NCBI RefSeq assembly: GCF_030684315.1
Contig: NC_081355.1
Coordinates: 28,607,316-28,671,315 of the forward strand
Direction of reading: 5' to 3'
Length of the DNA stretch: 64,000 nucleotides
Source of the DNA: Stegostoma tigrinum
Lineage: Eukaryota
In this document: one piece after another, positions 1-14,336 of the stretch
Layout: every line of letters begins with the position of its first letter
Numbering within the stretch: the first letter of the stretch is position 1
The notes under the pieces: model-generated
What the model was told of the DNA's origin: nothing
Database searches by the model: none
The model's input: the letters and a program-made list of their open reading frames with translations, nothing else
Program-made: the position numbers and the translations under genes

Positions 1-180
1 AAGAACTGCGAGTGCTGGAGGTCTGCAACAAACATCAACAGAAATTGGTGGAGAAACTCTGGGTCTGGCAGCATGCGAAGAGAAAAGAGTTAATGTGAAC
101 TTGAAACATTAATTCTGTTTTCTCTTTCACAGATGCTGCCAGATATGCTGAGTTTCTCCAGCAATTTCTGTTCTTGTTTA
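1..180. mobile_element. Degenerate palindromic PLE-terminus-derived element
   Basis: Arms ~38-94 and ~106-173 are imperfect reverse complements and resemble the arms of the element at 21772-22030. Confidence 0.7.
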
Positions 181-1954
181 CTACAAATACAGAAGGTGTT
201 GTTAATGTGATAAAATTACCTAATAAATGAATTAATCAGAATGGAAAAAATCAAAAAGCAGCCCCTAAGACCATCTCAATTTTTCCATTGGGTGGAAAAG
301 TAACATGTTTACTTTATGCTGCCCTCTAAATAAACACCTGTATTCCCAGAATCAGTTCAAAATAATTCTTGCCTCCCGAGGGTTTACTTTTCTTTTCCCA
401 GCCTGGTATTTACTAAACCCAGAACTGACCTTTTTGATGGTGAGAGCATTACTGGAGATTCTGTCATTGCCACAAACTAGGTGACTCTTCAGCTTTGTTT
501 AACTCTCCATAAGTTTGATTTTTTTTCAATCTGAATGTGTGTTTCTACCTGCAGTCCTGCATGATGGACTGTAAAGACTCTGGGTCTCTTGCTGCTTTCT
601 TTCTGTTCGTTCCCTCACTGTCTTACATCCTGCTAGACTAAAGCACTTGTCTGTGCTATTCAGTGATACTTCATGAAAACCTCTGCGCCGTTCCCCCTCT
701 CAAAGCCCATCAGCAATGGCAACGTGAATCACTTGGATCTTGTATCCTGGTAGAAAGGCTGATAAACAACTTTGAAACCAATGGAATCTCTAAATTGCAT
801 TGCTATATGTCTGCTGCATAGATCCAGCCGTGATGATTGACATGCCCATGCCATTTTTAGTATTGACTTCAGGTTCTGGAAGTAGCTGCCATGCTTGGAA
901 ATCCAAAGTACCCAGGCAATACCAAAATTAGCATAAATGCTATAGAAACCCCAACTGTTTTATCTTTGAAGTAAATGGTCAGATTAAAACACCTGTTTAT
1001 AATCCAATATCCTCAACACTATTTTTCTGAACCTTTTGAGACTGAGTCTTAAATAGCATTTTGCCACTGTCTCCAAGTATCAACACTTAAACGTCCTCTC
1101 AGTAAAACAGTTTTTTCCCTTCACTCTCCAACAATTGAACCTCACTCTGGGCCAGATTTCAGAACTGGTCTCTGATCCCTTTTTCATTTTACCTTTTGAT
1201 TAAAGACACCATGCCAAAATATCATAATGTTGTAACCCTCAAATTTTAACAGCTGGCAGATAGCAAAGTGAACTTTAACGTGGCAACTATGACGAGGTGG
1301 AGTATCTCCCCAAATCAGAGCATTATATTTTGAGAGGTAAAGAAGTGATATTTGGTTATACTCTTCTTCAGTAACAAAACAGTTGAAAAATTACAAGGTG
1401 TTGCACCTTATAAAGAAATTTCAGTATATCACTGCAATTCCCCTGCTTTTGATGTGAAGTACAATGAGTACTCTTTATATTTAACCTTTAAATTTAGAGT
1501 TATCATGACAGAAGTAAATTCTGAAACACTTTCACCTGTCATGATGAACAAGGCCTGTACTTATAATACTGTTTGGAAACAGATGTGCTTAAAAAAAAAT
1601 CATGATCAACATTCTTCTGTGATTGCCTCACACAAAGGGTTGAAATCCTCCACATTTAACAGTATTCAGTGGCTTGACACGACCACAGTGAGTTGAGGAA
1701 AGGATCTGATATTCCATCAGCTTTGTATCTGCAGTATTTTGAATAATTTATACTGGATCCCATCATACAAATCATTGGAGATAGTAAAAAGCACACATCC
1801 TTGTGGCAGCTTTGGGCATTATGTTGATGCGCCTCAGTGCTGTAATCCTGAGTCCAAACAATTATCCACCAGAGGAAAGAAGTCCGCTTTAAACTGTAGG
1901 CTTGCCAGTAAATGCTAAGTTGTAATCAGTTAGCTGACCGTGGTGCCCACTCAG

Positions 1955-3545
1955 TTCCGATTGCACATGTTTGGTCCATATCCCTCTTAAACCCTTCCAT
2001 CCTTGTACCTTTTCCAATTTTTTTTTTTAGTTGTTGCTATTGTACCTGCCTCAACCACTTTCTCTGGTAACCCACCCCAGATACAGACCACACTCCGCAT
2101 GAAGAAGTTGCTCCTCAGGTCCTTCTTAAATCTTTCCTCTCTCACCCTAAACTTTTATGTATTCTAGTTTTCAATTCCCCATCCCTGAGGAAAAATACAC
2201 ATTTGTCCTATTTGTGTCCCTTGTGATTTTATACACCTCATTCTGCTATGTTCCAAGGAATAAAATTGTATCCTGGCCGACCCCTCCCTATAACTCAGGC
2301 TTACTAGTTCTGGCAATATCCTCGCAAACTGGTAAGTGTGTAAAGAAGATTTAACTATACCTTTCCTATGAAGTGTGACCAAAACGGTATACAGTACTCC
2401 ATATGTGGCTTCACCAACGACATATACAACTGTAATGTAACGTTCACAACTCTTATACTCAATGCCTCGACTTATGAAGGCCAGCATGCTAAATACTGCC
2501 TTCACCACCCTGTCTACCTGTGACGCCACTTCAACAAACTGTGTTTGTATTCTTAGATTCCTCTTAGCATTTTACTGTATAAGTTCTACCTTGGTTTGAC
2601 TTTCCAAAGTGCAACACCTCATACTTATCTGTATTGAATTGCATTTGCCAATCCTCAGCCCACTTCCCCATATGAACAACATCCCTCTGTAATATTTGAT
2701 AATCTTCCTTGCTATCAATGATACAAAATTAAGAGGTATCATCTGCAAACTTACTAATCATGCCTTCTACATTCACATCCAGATCGTTTATGTAAATAAC
2801 AAAGGTCCCAGCACCAATCCCCCAGTCATGGGCCTCCAGTCTGAGAAACAGCCTTCAACCATCACCCTCTGTTTCCTACCACCTGAGCCAATTTTGAATC
2901 CAATTACCTAGCTGTCCCTGGATCCTCTGTGACCTAACTTTCATGACTAGCCAGCCATGTGGGACCTTGTCAAAGGCCTTACTCAAGTCTATATAGACAA
3001 CATTCACTGCCTTACCCTCATCTATGATAAAGAATCCATGCTGACTAACCCCAATCAGAACTTGACTTTCCAAATTCGTGTTGAACTTGTCCCTCTGTAT
3101 CCTGTCCAATAACTTCCCTACTGCTGATGTCAGGCTCACAGGCCTGTTATTCCCTGGCTTGTCTTTGTTACCTTTCTTAAACAATGGAACGTTAGCCTCC
3201 ACTTCCAGTCTTCCAGAACTTCACCAGTGGCTAAAGATGAAGCAAAAATCTCTGCTAGGGCCTCTGCAATTTCTTCCCTAGCTTCCCACAACATCCAAGG
3301 CTGGACTTGATCGGGCCAAGGGGATTTACCAACCTTAATGTGATCTAAGGCTGCAAGCACCTCTCTGGTAATATGTGTATGGTCCAAAACATCCCCACGT
3401 GTTTCCCTTCTTTCTTTAGCATCCTCAGTAAATGCTGAGGAGAATTATTTATTTAAAATCTTCCCCCATGTCTTGTGGCTCCACACATTGATGGTCATAC
3501 TGATTTTTTTAGAGGACCTATTCTTTCCATAGCCCCGCTTTTACT
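1955..3545 (-). mobile_element. CR1-type LINE fragment (ORF2 RT to 3' end), decayed
   Basis: Minus-strand remnants KSPWPDQVQP..., ANVPLFKKGNKDKPGNNRPVSLTS, DLSKAFDKVPH, AFISRGIEYKS. Confidence 0.9.
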
Positions 3546-3939
3546 CTTGGACTTCTAGGTTACAGAAATTACTTTTTTGACTTTTCCCGGATCACTGGAC
3601 TTGAAGGTTTATGATGTCTGTTGCATTTCTCAGCTCTGTTTAATGCATCGTTAAACATTTGGCTGAGCTGTTCCTCTGGTCAATATCTTTTGGAAGAATA
3701 CCGCCGAATGTTCCACCAGCTAGATCTCTTAAGTTTAGGAAAGAAAAATAACCTTGCATTTATAAAATAGCCACCCTTAATGAACATCTGTAAGTCACAA
3801 TTTTGAAGTGTAATCACTGTTCCATCATAGAATAAGGAGCAACACTATAAGGTCCTACATACCACAATGAGATATATGCTTGGAGAGCTGTTTACACTTG
3901 TGCTATTACTGCACTGTTTACTCTTGATGGGGGCGCTTA

Positions 3940-4986
3940 GGGGTTCCTTCACCTTAAGGACAAGTGACTATAATATGATAGAATTCACCCTGCAGTTTGA
4001 GAGGGAGAAGGTGGAATCAGATATAATAATATTACAATTGAATAAAGGTAAGTACAAAGACGTGAGGAAGAGGCTGGCCAGAATCAACTGGAAGGGGAAT
4101 TTAGCAGGGAAGATTGTGGAGTAGCAATGGCAGGAGTTAGTGGTGGGTAACTCAGGAGGCACAGCAGAAATTCATCCCAAGGAAGAAACATACTAAGGGG
4201 AGGACAAGGCAACTACAGCTGACCGTGCAATTCAGTGACTGCATAAAGCGTAAGAAACAGCACGCAATATGGTGAAGATTAGTGGGAGGACAGAGGATAG
4301 TGATGCCTTTTAAAAACCAGCAGAGAATAATTTTAAAAAAAGAATGGACAAGAAGATGAAATATGAGGGTAAGCTAGCTGGTAATATAACATTTTCAAGA
4401 ATTTTGTAGATCTATAAAAGTAGAGAGGCAAGAGTGTATTTTGAACTACTGGGAAATGGAGCTGAGGAAGTAGTAATGGGGAACAAAGAAATGGCAGAGG
4501 TTTGAAAAGGTAACTTTACATCTCTCTTCATGGGGTGAGACATTAGCATACCAGAACTTTGTGAGTCAGAGGACAGTGGTGATGTAGCAGCCATCACTAA
4601 GGAGAAACTGCTGCAGAATCTGAAAGGCCTGAAGGTGGCTAAATCATCTGGACTAGATGGACTACTCCCCATTGTTTTGAAGGAAATAGCTAAAGAGATT
4701 GTGGAAGGATGGGTGACTTTTCAGGAATCACTGGATTCAGGGAGGGTCCCAGAGGACTGGAACGTGGCTAATGTAACACCCCCATTTATGAAAGGGAGTG
4801 GTGGGAGGCAGAAATCAAAGATATGGGCCAGTTATCCTGACCTCAATCATTGGTTAGATTTAGAGTCCATTATTAAGGATCAGACTGTGGAGCACTTGGA
4901 ACTGCATGGTAAAATAGGGCTGAGTTAGCATGACTTCATCAAGGGCAGGTCATGCCTGACAAATCTGTTAGAATTCTTTTGAGGAG
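3940..4986 (+). mobile_element. CR1 LINE ORF2 fragment (probably continues at ~6280-7310)
   Basis: SDYNMIEFTLQFERE, KSSGLDGLLP..VPEDWNVANVTP; similar to 40021-41187; interrupted at 4987. Confidence 0.88.
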
Positions 4987-6225
4987 TGTAGGATTGAGCA
5001 AAAATCCCCACATTCTAAAATACTGGACCAAAATCCTGGACTTCGAAAATAAACTTTTCAAAAAAAAAAGGCAGCTGGCCTATGCTGTGGGAAAATTACG
5101 TGGACAGAGGTAACCTCTTGGAACCGTTGTTCAGCCTGAAAATCCAATTAACCCTTCTCCTCTGAAAGGACAATTAACCAGACCTGAGAAGCCAATTTAA
5201 TTCAGACATTATGGTGCTTTTATAGATACCAAGACATTCAATTTCAATTAATATTCTTTTGCAGAAATACCTGACTTTCCACTTAATCAAAATACATTTA
5301 CACCTCGGGTGCTGGTTGTGGATGTTGGGGGTGTTCGCTGAGCTGGGAGGTTTGATAGATATTTCCATCCCATATAAATTCCAACTGGCCCAAGACAACA
5401 GCGCTTTACAGGCTCGACAGCGTGAGGATGTCACCTTGTAAGGGGATGAAATGTCTGCTATCAAACCTCCCAGCTCGGCAAACGCACCAACATTTACATC
5501 TACTCTAAATTATCAGGAAGCTAATTGCCTCAAAAGGGGATGGCAGAAACATGATGGATAAATATAGATTTGAGAGGAGATAATGGAGCACCCAGTCTGT
5601 ATAACTGCTAGCCCTGATCTGGGACAGAGGGAGAGCCTCTTCAATATCAAGCCCCTGCAGAAACAGCTGCCCCAGAGGCTTTGGCTGCAGCTCCAACAAG
5701 CAGCTTTGGAAACTAGAACCACGAGGATTCCAAAGAGCACCCAGAGACCCGTACCCAGAAGAGGGATCCAAGCCATCTACTCTCCTGAGAACTATCTGCA
5801 CAGCTATCTCCCTGAAACTTAACAACACAGGCCTGTTCTGTACCAGTGACCAACCACAACTAGCAGACTTGATAACTGATGGCCTCCAAAAACTACTCAA
5901 CCCAGTCTGAAGGCCTACACTGTCCAAAGTCGTCATTGTAGCACTAGCTACAGCAAGTGGGAATGGCCAGCTATACTTCAAAATCGCACTTATCCCCAGT
6001 GATGAGCTTTATGTTGTCGAGATCCCAAAGTATCCAACTTAGCCAGCAGGGAGGGGAAGGTGGATAGTGACAGAGCAGGGTCATGAAGTCTTATTAAAGT
6101 TTGTGATTAAAACTGCTGTTTGGCGTCTCATCGTATTTAACCTGTGCTAAGCTAATAACATATTCAAGCCTGTCTTCTGAATAGTTGATCTATCAATTTC
6201 CCTGTTTATTTCCTTGTTTATTACA
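4987..6225 (+). mobile_element. Possible solo LTR / unclassified insertion within CR1
   Basis: Interrupts CR1 ORF2; begins TGTA, ends TACA; ATTAAA motifs near 6093 and 6107; flanks GGAG/GGTG (imperfect 4-bp TSD). Confidence 0.4.
5303..5489. mobile_element. Small palindromic PLE derivative with degenerate hammerhead core
   Basis: Arms ~5320-5372 and ~5442-5492 are inverted; direct repeat ACATTTACA at 5294-5302 and 5490-5498; core cGTGAGGA-tgtcacc..ggggat-GAAA-tgtc-tg at 5421-5457. Confidence 0.7.
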
Positions 6226-6279
6226 GGTGCCTTTTGTTTCTTGTAATATACTCACCTTTTGTATTTAATAAATGCAGAG

Positions 6280-7312
6280 ATTCCTGACAGGGAGTGGGCA
6301 GTGTGTGGGGATAAAAGAATCTTTTTCAGGATGGCAGTGCTGCTGGTAGGAGTTGGGCTATTAACTATTTACATAGTTGAGATCATTAATGTATAAAGGA
6401 ACTGAGGGGACTGTTGCTACATTCACAGATGACACAAAGATAGATGGAGGGATAGATAGTGTTGAGGAAGCAGGAGGCTACAGAAGGACTCCAACAGGTT
6501 AGGACAGTGGACAAAAAAGTTGCATGATAGAATACCATGTGGGAAAGTTTGAGGTTATGCACTTTGAGGTAGGAAGAATAAAAATATAGCCTTTCCCCAT
6601 TTAGAAAATAGTCTTGAGAAAGTGAGACCACGAAGGGATTGGGAGTTCCAGGTCAGGATTTTCTTAAGGTTAACATGCAGGGTCAGATGCCAGCTAGGAA
6701 GGAAAATGCAGTGTTGACCATCATTTCAAGGGGCTAAAATGCAAGAGCAGAGATACATTATCTCAACAGCATAAGACTCTGGACAGTTCACACTTGGAAT
6801 ATTATGAGCAGTTTTGGGCCCATTCCTAGGGAAGGATGTGCTGATGTTGGTGGGGAGCCCTAGGAGGTTGACAAGAATGATCCTGGGATTGAAAGACTTG
6901 TCAAAGGAAAAGGGGTTGAGGATTCTGGATTTGGATTCAGTGGAGTTTAGATGATTGAGGGATGATCTGATTGAAACTTACGGAATACTGAGAGGCCTGG
7001 ATGTAGTGGCTGTGGAGAAGATATTGCCGCTTGTAGGACAGTCTAGGGCCTGAGGGCACAGGCTCAGTGAGAAGAGAGATGAAGGGGGAATGTTTTAACA
7101 GAGGGTGGTGAATGTATGGAACTATTACCACAGTAGGCTGTGGAGGCCAAGTCATTGAGTGTTTTAAAGACAGAGATAGGTTCTTGAATAGTAAGGTGAT
7201 TAAGAATTACAGGGAAAAGGTAGCAGAATGGGGTTGAGAAACATATTGGCTATCATGGAGCTGACTCTGGGCCAAAGGGCTTAATTCTGCTTGTACACCT
7301 TATGGTCTTACG
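6280..7312 (+). mobile_element. CR1 LINE 3' portion
   Basis: Decayed RT C-terminal region and tail ...cttatggtctta similar to 41350-42424. Confidence 0.85.
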
Positions 7313-8569
7313 CCACTGGCCTGTATAACAGAAGTCTAACCTCTTCTTTTATATTCAGTTCCCCTTGGTGATAAATGATAACGCTTGCTGAACCTGCATT
7401 CTAACTTTTTGTGATTCATGCCCAAGGCCATCAGATCTTTCTGTATTCCAGAGTTCTGCTGTCTTTCGCCATTTAGATGATGTGCTTCTTTTGATTAATC
7501 CTGTCAAATGGGCAATTGCACACTTCCCCACATTATACTTTGTTTGTCACATCTTTGCTCACTTCTGTAACCATCATTATGTCCTTTAGTTAATTAGGTT
7601 TTCAATTTTTATCTGAGTTGACTTCATGCAGTTTTTAATCTAATTAATAACTTTGTTTAATTTATTTAATTTAGTGAATAATTTAGCTTCTACTGTATCT
7701 TAGCTCATAGCCAGAGTTTAATACTATTGGTTTATATTTTGCATCAGATATCTTACTCTTCCTCTCACTCAATTTTGGGTTTGTCAAACTCCCTTTCATT
7801 CATATGCAATCTGCACTTAGTCTTAGCGCAAATAAGCTTTACCTAACTATTAACCTGCTTGTTGATTTGATTTTGCCCATTTGAATTTTTTAATTCCTTG
7901 TTTTCTGTTTAGAACCCATGACCTAATTTAGAAAGGAGAGAAATACTTGCATAGTAATTATATATCCGCTTTCCTGTAATGCAACATTTTAATTTTTTTG
8001 TAAATGAACCATTCATTTGCAGCTCAACAATCTTATGAACTTTGTCACTGAGTTCCTGCTTCTCCAGGTCTGACTTATGGATTAGCCACAATCTAACTGA
8101 ATAATAGAAAGGGTTTGAGGACCTGACAGCCACATTCCTTACTTTCCCACTGCTTGCTGAACTATTTCCTGGAGCGTATGTTGATTTACAGGAGAGCTAT
8201 TCTCTGTAGGTGCTGCAATTACGTTTTTCCACTTGCTGTTTCTGCGCTCAGAAATTACCTTTTTGGATCAATTTTCATGTGGCACCTGTCATTTTGCCTC
8301 TAGTTGTGTCCTGTTATTTGTGCCCCTGAGGATATAGAAAATCATTTGAAACATCTCAGCTTTCAGAATGCACTTATTCCCCAAAATGATTAGAGGATAA
8401 TGGTTGTTGCCTTGGTTACTGTTTGGTCTCTCAATCTATGTAGTGATTGGCATGAAAGTAGTGTGAAATTATAGCTTCACTGCAGAAGTCTTTGGTGGTG
8501 CAGCATTTGCTGATGATGAACTTTAGCATGATATTATTATGCTGAATCAAAGGTGTAGAAGCTTACATG

Positions 8570-9350
8570 TTACTACTGTAATATGTATAAACTGCTGGCA
8601 GGGAGAACGAAAAAACAAAGCCTGTTATCTAAATAATGAGAGATTGCAGAGCTGAAATGCACAGAGACTTGTGTGTTTTAGTAAACTAATTGTGAATGGT
8701 TAGTATGCAGGTATAGCAAATACTTCAGAAAAGCTATTGCACTGTTACTTATTGCAAGGGAAATTGATTATAAAAGTACGGAGCTAATGTTTTGTTTGCA
8801 CGGGGCACTAGTGAGACTGCATCTGTAGCATGGTGTAAGGTATTGATCTCCTTGTGTAAGATGTGATGAAATGCATTTGAAGTAGTTTGTACAAGGTTTA
8901 TTAGACTACAAGTTGGAATGGGGAGTGGTGGACAGTCTAGGCTTGTGTCTACTGGCATTTGGAAAAGTAAGATTGAAATAAAATAAAATTGAAATTCATT
9001 GAAATATCTAAGATCATGAGGGATCTTGACAGGGTGCATGCAGAGGGGATGCTTCCTCTTCCGGAAGTATCTAGGGCTAGAGGCTACTATTTAAAAATAA
9101 GGGTCACCCATTTAAGAGACATGAGAAATGTTTTCCCTCAAGGTTAATGGATTTTTGGAACTCTTCTTCAAAAGGTGTTAGAAACAGAGTTTTTGAATAT
9201 TTTTAAGGCAGAAGTGGATTCTTGATGAGCAAGGGGTGAAACCTTATCAAGAGTGGGCAGGAATAAAGAATAATTAGATCAGCTATGATCTCATCAAATG
9301 GTGGAAGAGGCTTGAGGGGCTTGATAGGTTACTCCCTGATTTGTATGTCT
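8570..9350 (+). mobile_element. Old CR1 3' fragment
   Basis: Decayed similarity to the CR1 3' region, ending ...gggcttgataggttactccctgatttgtatgt. Confidence 0.7.
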
Positions 9351-9602
9351 TCATCTGAATGAGTGCCATTATTTTATGTCGATCCAACAACACCAAGTGA
9401 TACAAATGTTGAGGTTCATTGGAAAAACTGATAATTTTGTTAAATCGTTTCTTAATTATTTTATCAGTCAAATTAAATGTAATCCACAAGTGACTATGGC
9501 GGACTTTATTTGTCCTCCAATCTGGTTTTTTGATACTTGTTCAGACCTCTGAATTTGACAGTGAAAAACATATTTATTCCTGCGCTGTACATTTCATAGG
9601 TT

Positions 9603-9925
9603 ATAGAATAGATCGTAGAATCCCTACAGTGTGGAAACAGGCCCTTTGGCCCAACAAGTCCACACCAACCCTTGCAGGATCCTACCCAAACCCATCTCCC
9701 ATAATCTACACATCCCTGAATGCTATGGGCAATTTAGCATGGCGAATTCACTTAACCTGCACATCTTTGGACTGCGGGAAGAAACTGGAGCATCCGGAGG
9801 AAACCCATGCAGACACGGGAGAATGTGCAAACTCCATGCAGATAGTTGCTGTAGGGTGGAATCGACCCTAGGTCCCTGGCATTTTGAGGCAGCAGTGCTA
9901 ACCACTGAGCCACTGTCCCATTTGC
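9603..9925 (-). mobile_element. HE1-type V-SINE
   Basis: tRNA-like head (gtggctcagtggttagcactgctgcctc, minus strand), V-domain core (gagtttgcacattctcccgtgtctgcatgggtttcctccgg) and CR1-derived tail. Confidence 0.9.
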
Positions 9926-10179
9926 CTGCATTTCAATACTGAGTAGCTTTTTATTGCATGAAAATGTGCTTGGTACAGTATATGGTTTTTGTGAACCATC
10001 CATTGAGATTCATTCTGCACAAGTGCAGGATGACAATAATAAAAGTGCAGATCCTGGAAATCTGAAGTGATAACAAACAGCTATTAAGCAGCAGTAACCC
10101 AGCAATAGCCTGCTCACTGATGCTTAATTAAGTATTGCCGGAGAAACTCAACTCGTGACATTGTTACAGTCTTGAACTA

Positions 10180-11340
10180 AATATGGGCAAACAACTGAAT
10201 TCAAGAGGGGAGGTGAGTGACTATCCTTGACTTTAAGGTTGCATGTGACCAGTTGTGGTCTTAAGCAGCCTGAGCAAAACTGCATCCAGTGGAATCGGGC
10301 AAGGCGAACTTTCCGCCGTTTGAAGTCATACCTAGCACGAAGGAAAATGTTGGCTGGAGGTCAGTCATGTCAGACCCAGAAGCTCCTTGGTGTCCTAGTG
10401 TCTGTTAGTATCCTGGACCCAGTCATTTTCAGCTGCTTCATAAATGGCTTTTACACTGCCATTATGTCAGAGGTAAGGGAACATTCACTGTTGATTGCAA
10501 ACACTTAGCACCACTAACAATGACTGAGATACTGAAACAGTTTTTGTCGGTACGCAGCAAGACCTGGACAACATTCAGGTTTGGACTGAAAAGTGCAACT
10601 CTCGTTTGCAGCAAACAAGTGCCAGGCAATGATCATGCCAGCTGAGAGAATCTAATCATTTTTCCTTAGCGTTCGTTGCTATTACTGAATCCCCCACTAT
10701 CGAAATCCTGTGGTTGTTATCAGTCAGATGCTGAACTGGATTAGCCACAAAAATGCTGGGGCAGCAGGATTGGGCTTGAGACAGAATGCTGTAGTAAGTA
10801 ACCCACTTCCTGATTCCCAAAATCGGGCCATCATTTACAGAGCACAAGTTGGAATGTGATGGAATGTTGTCAACTTGGTTTGGTCCGTGTTTCGCCAACA
10901 ACCCTCAAGATAAACCATCCAGGATAAAACAGTTAATTTGATTGGCATCCCATCCACCATCTGAAATATCTCCCTCCATCACTAGCAAACAGGTAGCAGT
11001 GTGTACCATCTACAAAATGCTCAACAGCAAATCATTAAGGCTCCTTTGACAGCATCTTCCAAAACACACAACCTCTACTATCTAGAAGGATCAGGACAGT
11101 TGATACATTGGAACATCACTTGCAAGTTCCTCTGCAAGTGGAGCTATATCCTTCTCGTTTTGCTGCCATTCAAGGCCCTGGAGCTCTATTCCTCATAGCA
11201 CTTGGATGTCCCCGCGCCTCATGGACTGCAGTAGTTTAAAAATGCAACTCAACATGACCTTGTTCAGGCCTGGGATGGGAAAAAAGTGATGGCCCAGCCA
11301 GCAATGCCCATAGCTCCATGAACAAACTAATAAAAAATAA
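10180..11340 (+). mobile_element. LINE 3' fragment of a second (CR1/L2-superfamily-like) family
   Basis: Decayed RT C-terminus and 3' end ...ggcccagccagcaatgcccat...aataaaaaa. Related pieces at ~13390-13685, 17655-18420, 19260-19800, 33970-34180, 37000-37135. Confidence 0.7.
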
Positions 11341-11917
11341 GTGGAAATGTTCCTCAGGGCATTTAGTATCTGTTGAATGAGAAACAAATTGTTTGAGGCA
11401 TGTGACCTTTGGTCAAGTTCTACCTGATGTTCCCAAATTTTGCCATGAGTTCTGACCATAGTTCATCAACTTGAAACATTATCTGTTTCTCTCTCCACAG
11501 ATGCTTTCTAAACTATTGAATATTTCTTGTGTTTTCTTAGAGCAAAGCAAATCTGAAGTTTTATGTGTCCTGCTCCCATTGTCCCATTCTTGGTCATGCC
11601 TTCAGCTATCTATGACACAAGCTGTGGAATTGCCTTTTTAAAATGTTATGCTGATTTTCCTCTTGCTGAATATGCCAATCCTTAAAATGTACTTTATCTC
11701 TCTCTCTGTTTTTCTGTGGCTTATTGTCAGCATTTGCTTCACGCTGCTGTGAAGCTGGGATATTTTGCTGGGTTAAAGATGCAATATTAGTCCATCACTA
11801 TAAGCTTTGAAATTAAGGAGATTGCTTGGGTGAAATTAACTTTTCATTGGATGGGAAAGAGGAAGGAAAAGTTTTTTTTTTAAAATAAATTTTGGAAATT
11901 AATTTTTATCTGTCTAG

Positions 11918-12036
11918 GAGATAAAGATGACTACTTCACAGCCATTATGCTGAAAAAATCTCGAGTGAAATTATTGAAACAAGAAATAACACCTTTCCCA
12001 ACCACTTCCATGAAGAGAAACCTTCTTGCTGTTCAG
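11918..12036 (+). CDS. TDP2: Tyrosyl-DNA phosphodiesterase 2, internal coding exon (third from last)
   Basis: AG acceptor at 11916-17, GT donor at 12037; 119 nt, phase 1 to 0. Encodes (G)DKDDYFTAIMLKKSRVKLLKQEITPFPTTSMKRNLLAVQ, closely matching vertebrate TDP2 'YFTAIMLKKSRVKL..QEI.PFP.T.M.RNLL'. Confidence 0.96.
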
Positions 12037-14336
12037 GTAGGAAGGATACAAAGCTTCTTCATCAGAAGAGTAAGTTACCGATTGTTAAATTATGTGAACT
12101 CCACATTGTTTTGGGGAGGGTGTGGGGAATGGGGTTGGGGGGTGCAAAACGTTGAAGTACAAACATTTTTAGAAATCTATTTAAGTTTTGATGTTGTAAA
12201 ACTTCTAAAGGTCAAGCTTCTTGGCAGGTGAGCATAATGTGTGTGGCTGAATGTTGCTGTTCCTTTTATATAAAGGATATGTTTTGAGCAAAATTTACGC
12301 AGCAGAATAAAAAGTTACATCAATAATTGTTTTAACTGACCGAGGATTAAAGTAGAAAGCAACCTCATTAACTTCAGAGCCTGTACAGTAATCTTAATTG
12401 TACAACATGAATTTTTTTTTGGTCCCATCTCTTCTCTGGTTATAGAGTCACAGATGTGTTATCTTTTGTTACGTTCATCCAGTAGGATGAAAGATGAGTT
12501 CTCATATGTATACTGCTGACAGCCAGTTGAAATCTATGAAGGAGAAAGTCTCTAATACCCTAAAACATGCTTAGGAGTTAGAATACATTGCCTGAGAATG
12601 TGGTAGATAAAAATTCAGTGGTAATGTTCAAAAGAGTATTGGCTAAACTGTAGGTGTCTTCGGAAAGATTGGCGATGAGAAGCTAACTGGATTGTTGTTC
12701 AACAGAGCTGGTGCAGCTTCTATTCTTTACAATTGTATTCCATCCTTCAGCCTAATTATTGTAAAATTGAAGGCATTCTTTTGTAGTTTGCCAGAAACTT
12801 TGTTTTTCTGGTTTTGATTTCCATCTACTTACTGTCATTTTTGACTCTGCAGTTCTTGACCCTGAGCTCACCTGCCTCTTTATCACCTTCTGTGTTATGT
12901 GTATTTTCCTTTGGTGTTGGGAGCATATGTGAATTCTTTTTGAAGTACTGAGGCAAGTAAAAAAAAAAGAACCTTTCTAGTTATATACAGCTCACCGCCA
13001 CCTTTGGTAACTTCTGTGATTTTGTTTAAAGCTGTATGGCAGCAAAAGTAGTTACTGCACTATGGCTGCATTGTGGGAAATTAAATCTGTCAATGGGAAT
13101 TGGTACAGCATGGTGTTTTTAAGAGAGGCAACCTTTGGCCACAAGTCCAGATTAGGATGATGCTAGTTTGGTCATTTCCATGTCTGTTCCATTGTGTTCA
13201 TGGATTCAGTCATGAACAAATTTGTATCCTCCATTAATGGCATTATAGCTAAGAAAAAATTGTTTTATTAGGACGCTGCTGTAGTTTGAAACAGGAGTTC
13301 TCTATGCTAAAATTCGTAGAGATTCTGCTGTGAGCCCTACCATAAATCCTGCCTTGCTACCCCTCTGTTGCCTCCTTTTGATAGCTCATTCAAAACCTAA
13401 ATCCACCAGAAGTTAGAAGGACCAAGCCAGCCGATGTATGTGTATACCATCACCTGCAATTTTGCCTCCACGCCACACAGCATCCTGGCTTAGAGCAGTA
13501 TCACCATTCTTCACTGTCCTTAGGTCAAAATCTTGAATCTGTCTGTCATGGCATTTTGGGTGTACCCACATGACATGGGCTTCAGTGATTCAAGAAGGCA
13601 ACACATTATCACCTTCAGAGGTTACTTAGAAATGGTCAACATACTGGCCTGGTGACACCCACATACAGTGAATGAATAAAACAAAACACTTTTTTTTCTG
13701 AAACAATTCTGTAAGGTTTAGAGTCGTCCTGTCTGGGCAGTAGGATGAACAAATTTTCATGGGTGCTCTTACCCGCTCTCTACCTTTTTTAGGGAGTGCA
13801 ATTAACTAAGGAATTTGAAATGCATTTTCAACAAAACAAAAGGAAATTCCTAAAGCTATGTAGTTTTTTTTTGTTGGTATCCCTCTCCTCTCTACTCCTC
13901 ATGTGCCCACTGGGATATGATACAGCTGCTCAAATTTGAAGGAAAAGGATAAAGTTCAGTTTTCCCTAAATCTTGCTAGCATCATCTTAACTCCAATACC
14001 AGGCAAATTTTAATAGCTGACTCCTATCCGTTGTTCAAGTAAAATATAATGTTGGATGCTAATGGATGATTCCTATCCCTTGTAGCTGAAGAGGGTTTGA
14101 TCTTCTTTCTTAACTCCCACTTCTGAAGAAAAATTTGATTAAGTTACAAGGGAATAGAACCTTTTACACGACATACTGGAGTATAATTTTTGAATACCTT
14201 TTAAAGTGCATTTCATCTGAAAGAGACAGAGACAGAATTGCAGATTGAGATATTGCAGCATTGCACTGGCAATTTCATAGAAATAATGAGAAAGATAATG
14301 TCAAACAAATATCTTCTGTACCTCCCCTTATCACAG

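Noticed and set aside
9840-9925. tRNA gene-like sequences (also 44240-44320, 45610-45684, 36060-36120)
   Set aside because: SINE heads joined to V-domain or other SINE bodies; no complete cloverleaf.
1-11900. Upstream TDP2 exon (expected ..PDVIFLQEV..)
   Set aside because: No matching peptide with splice sites seen by eye; presumably lies before the window.
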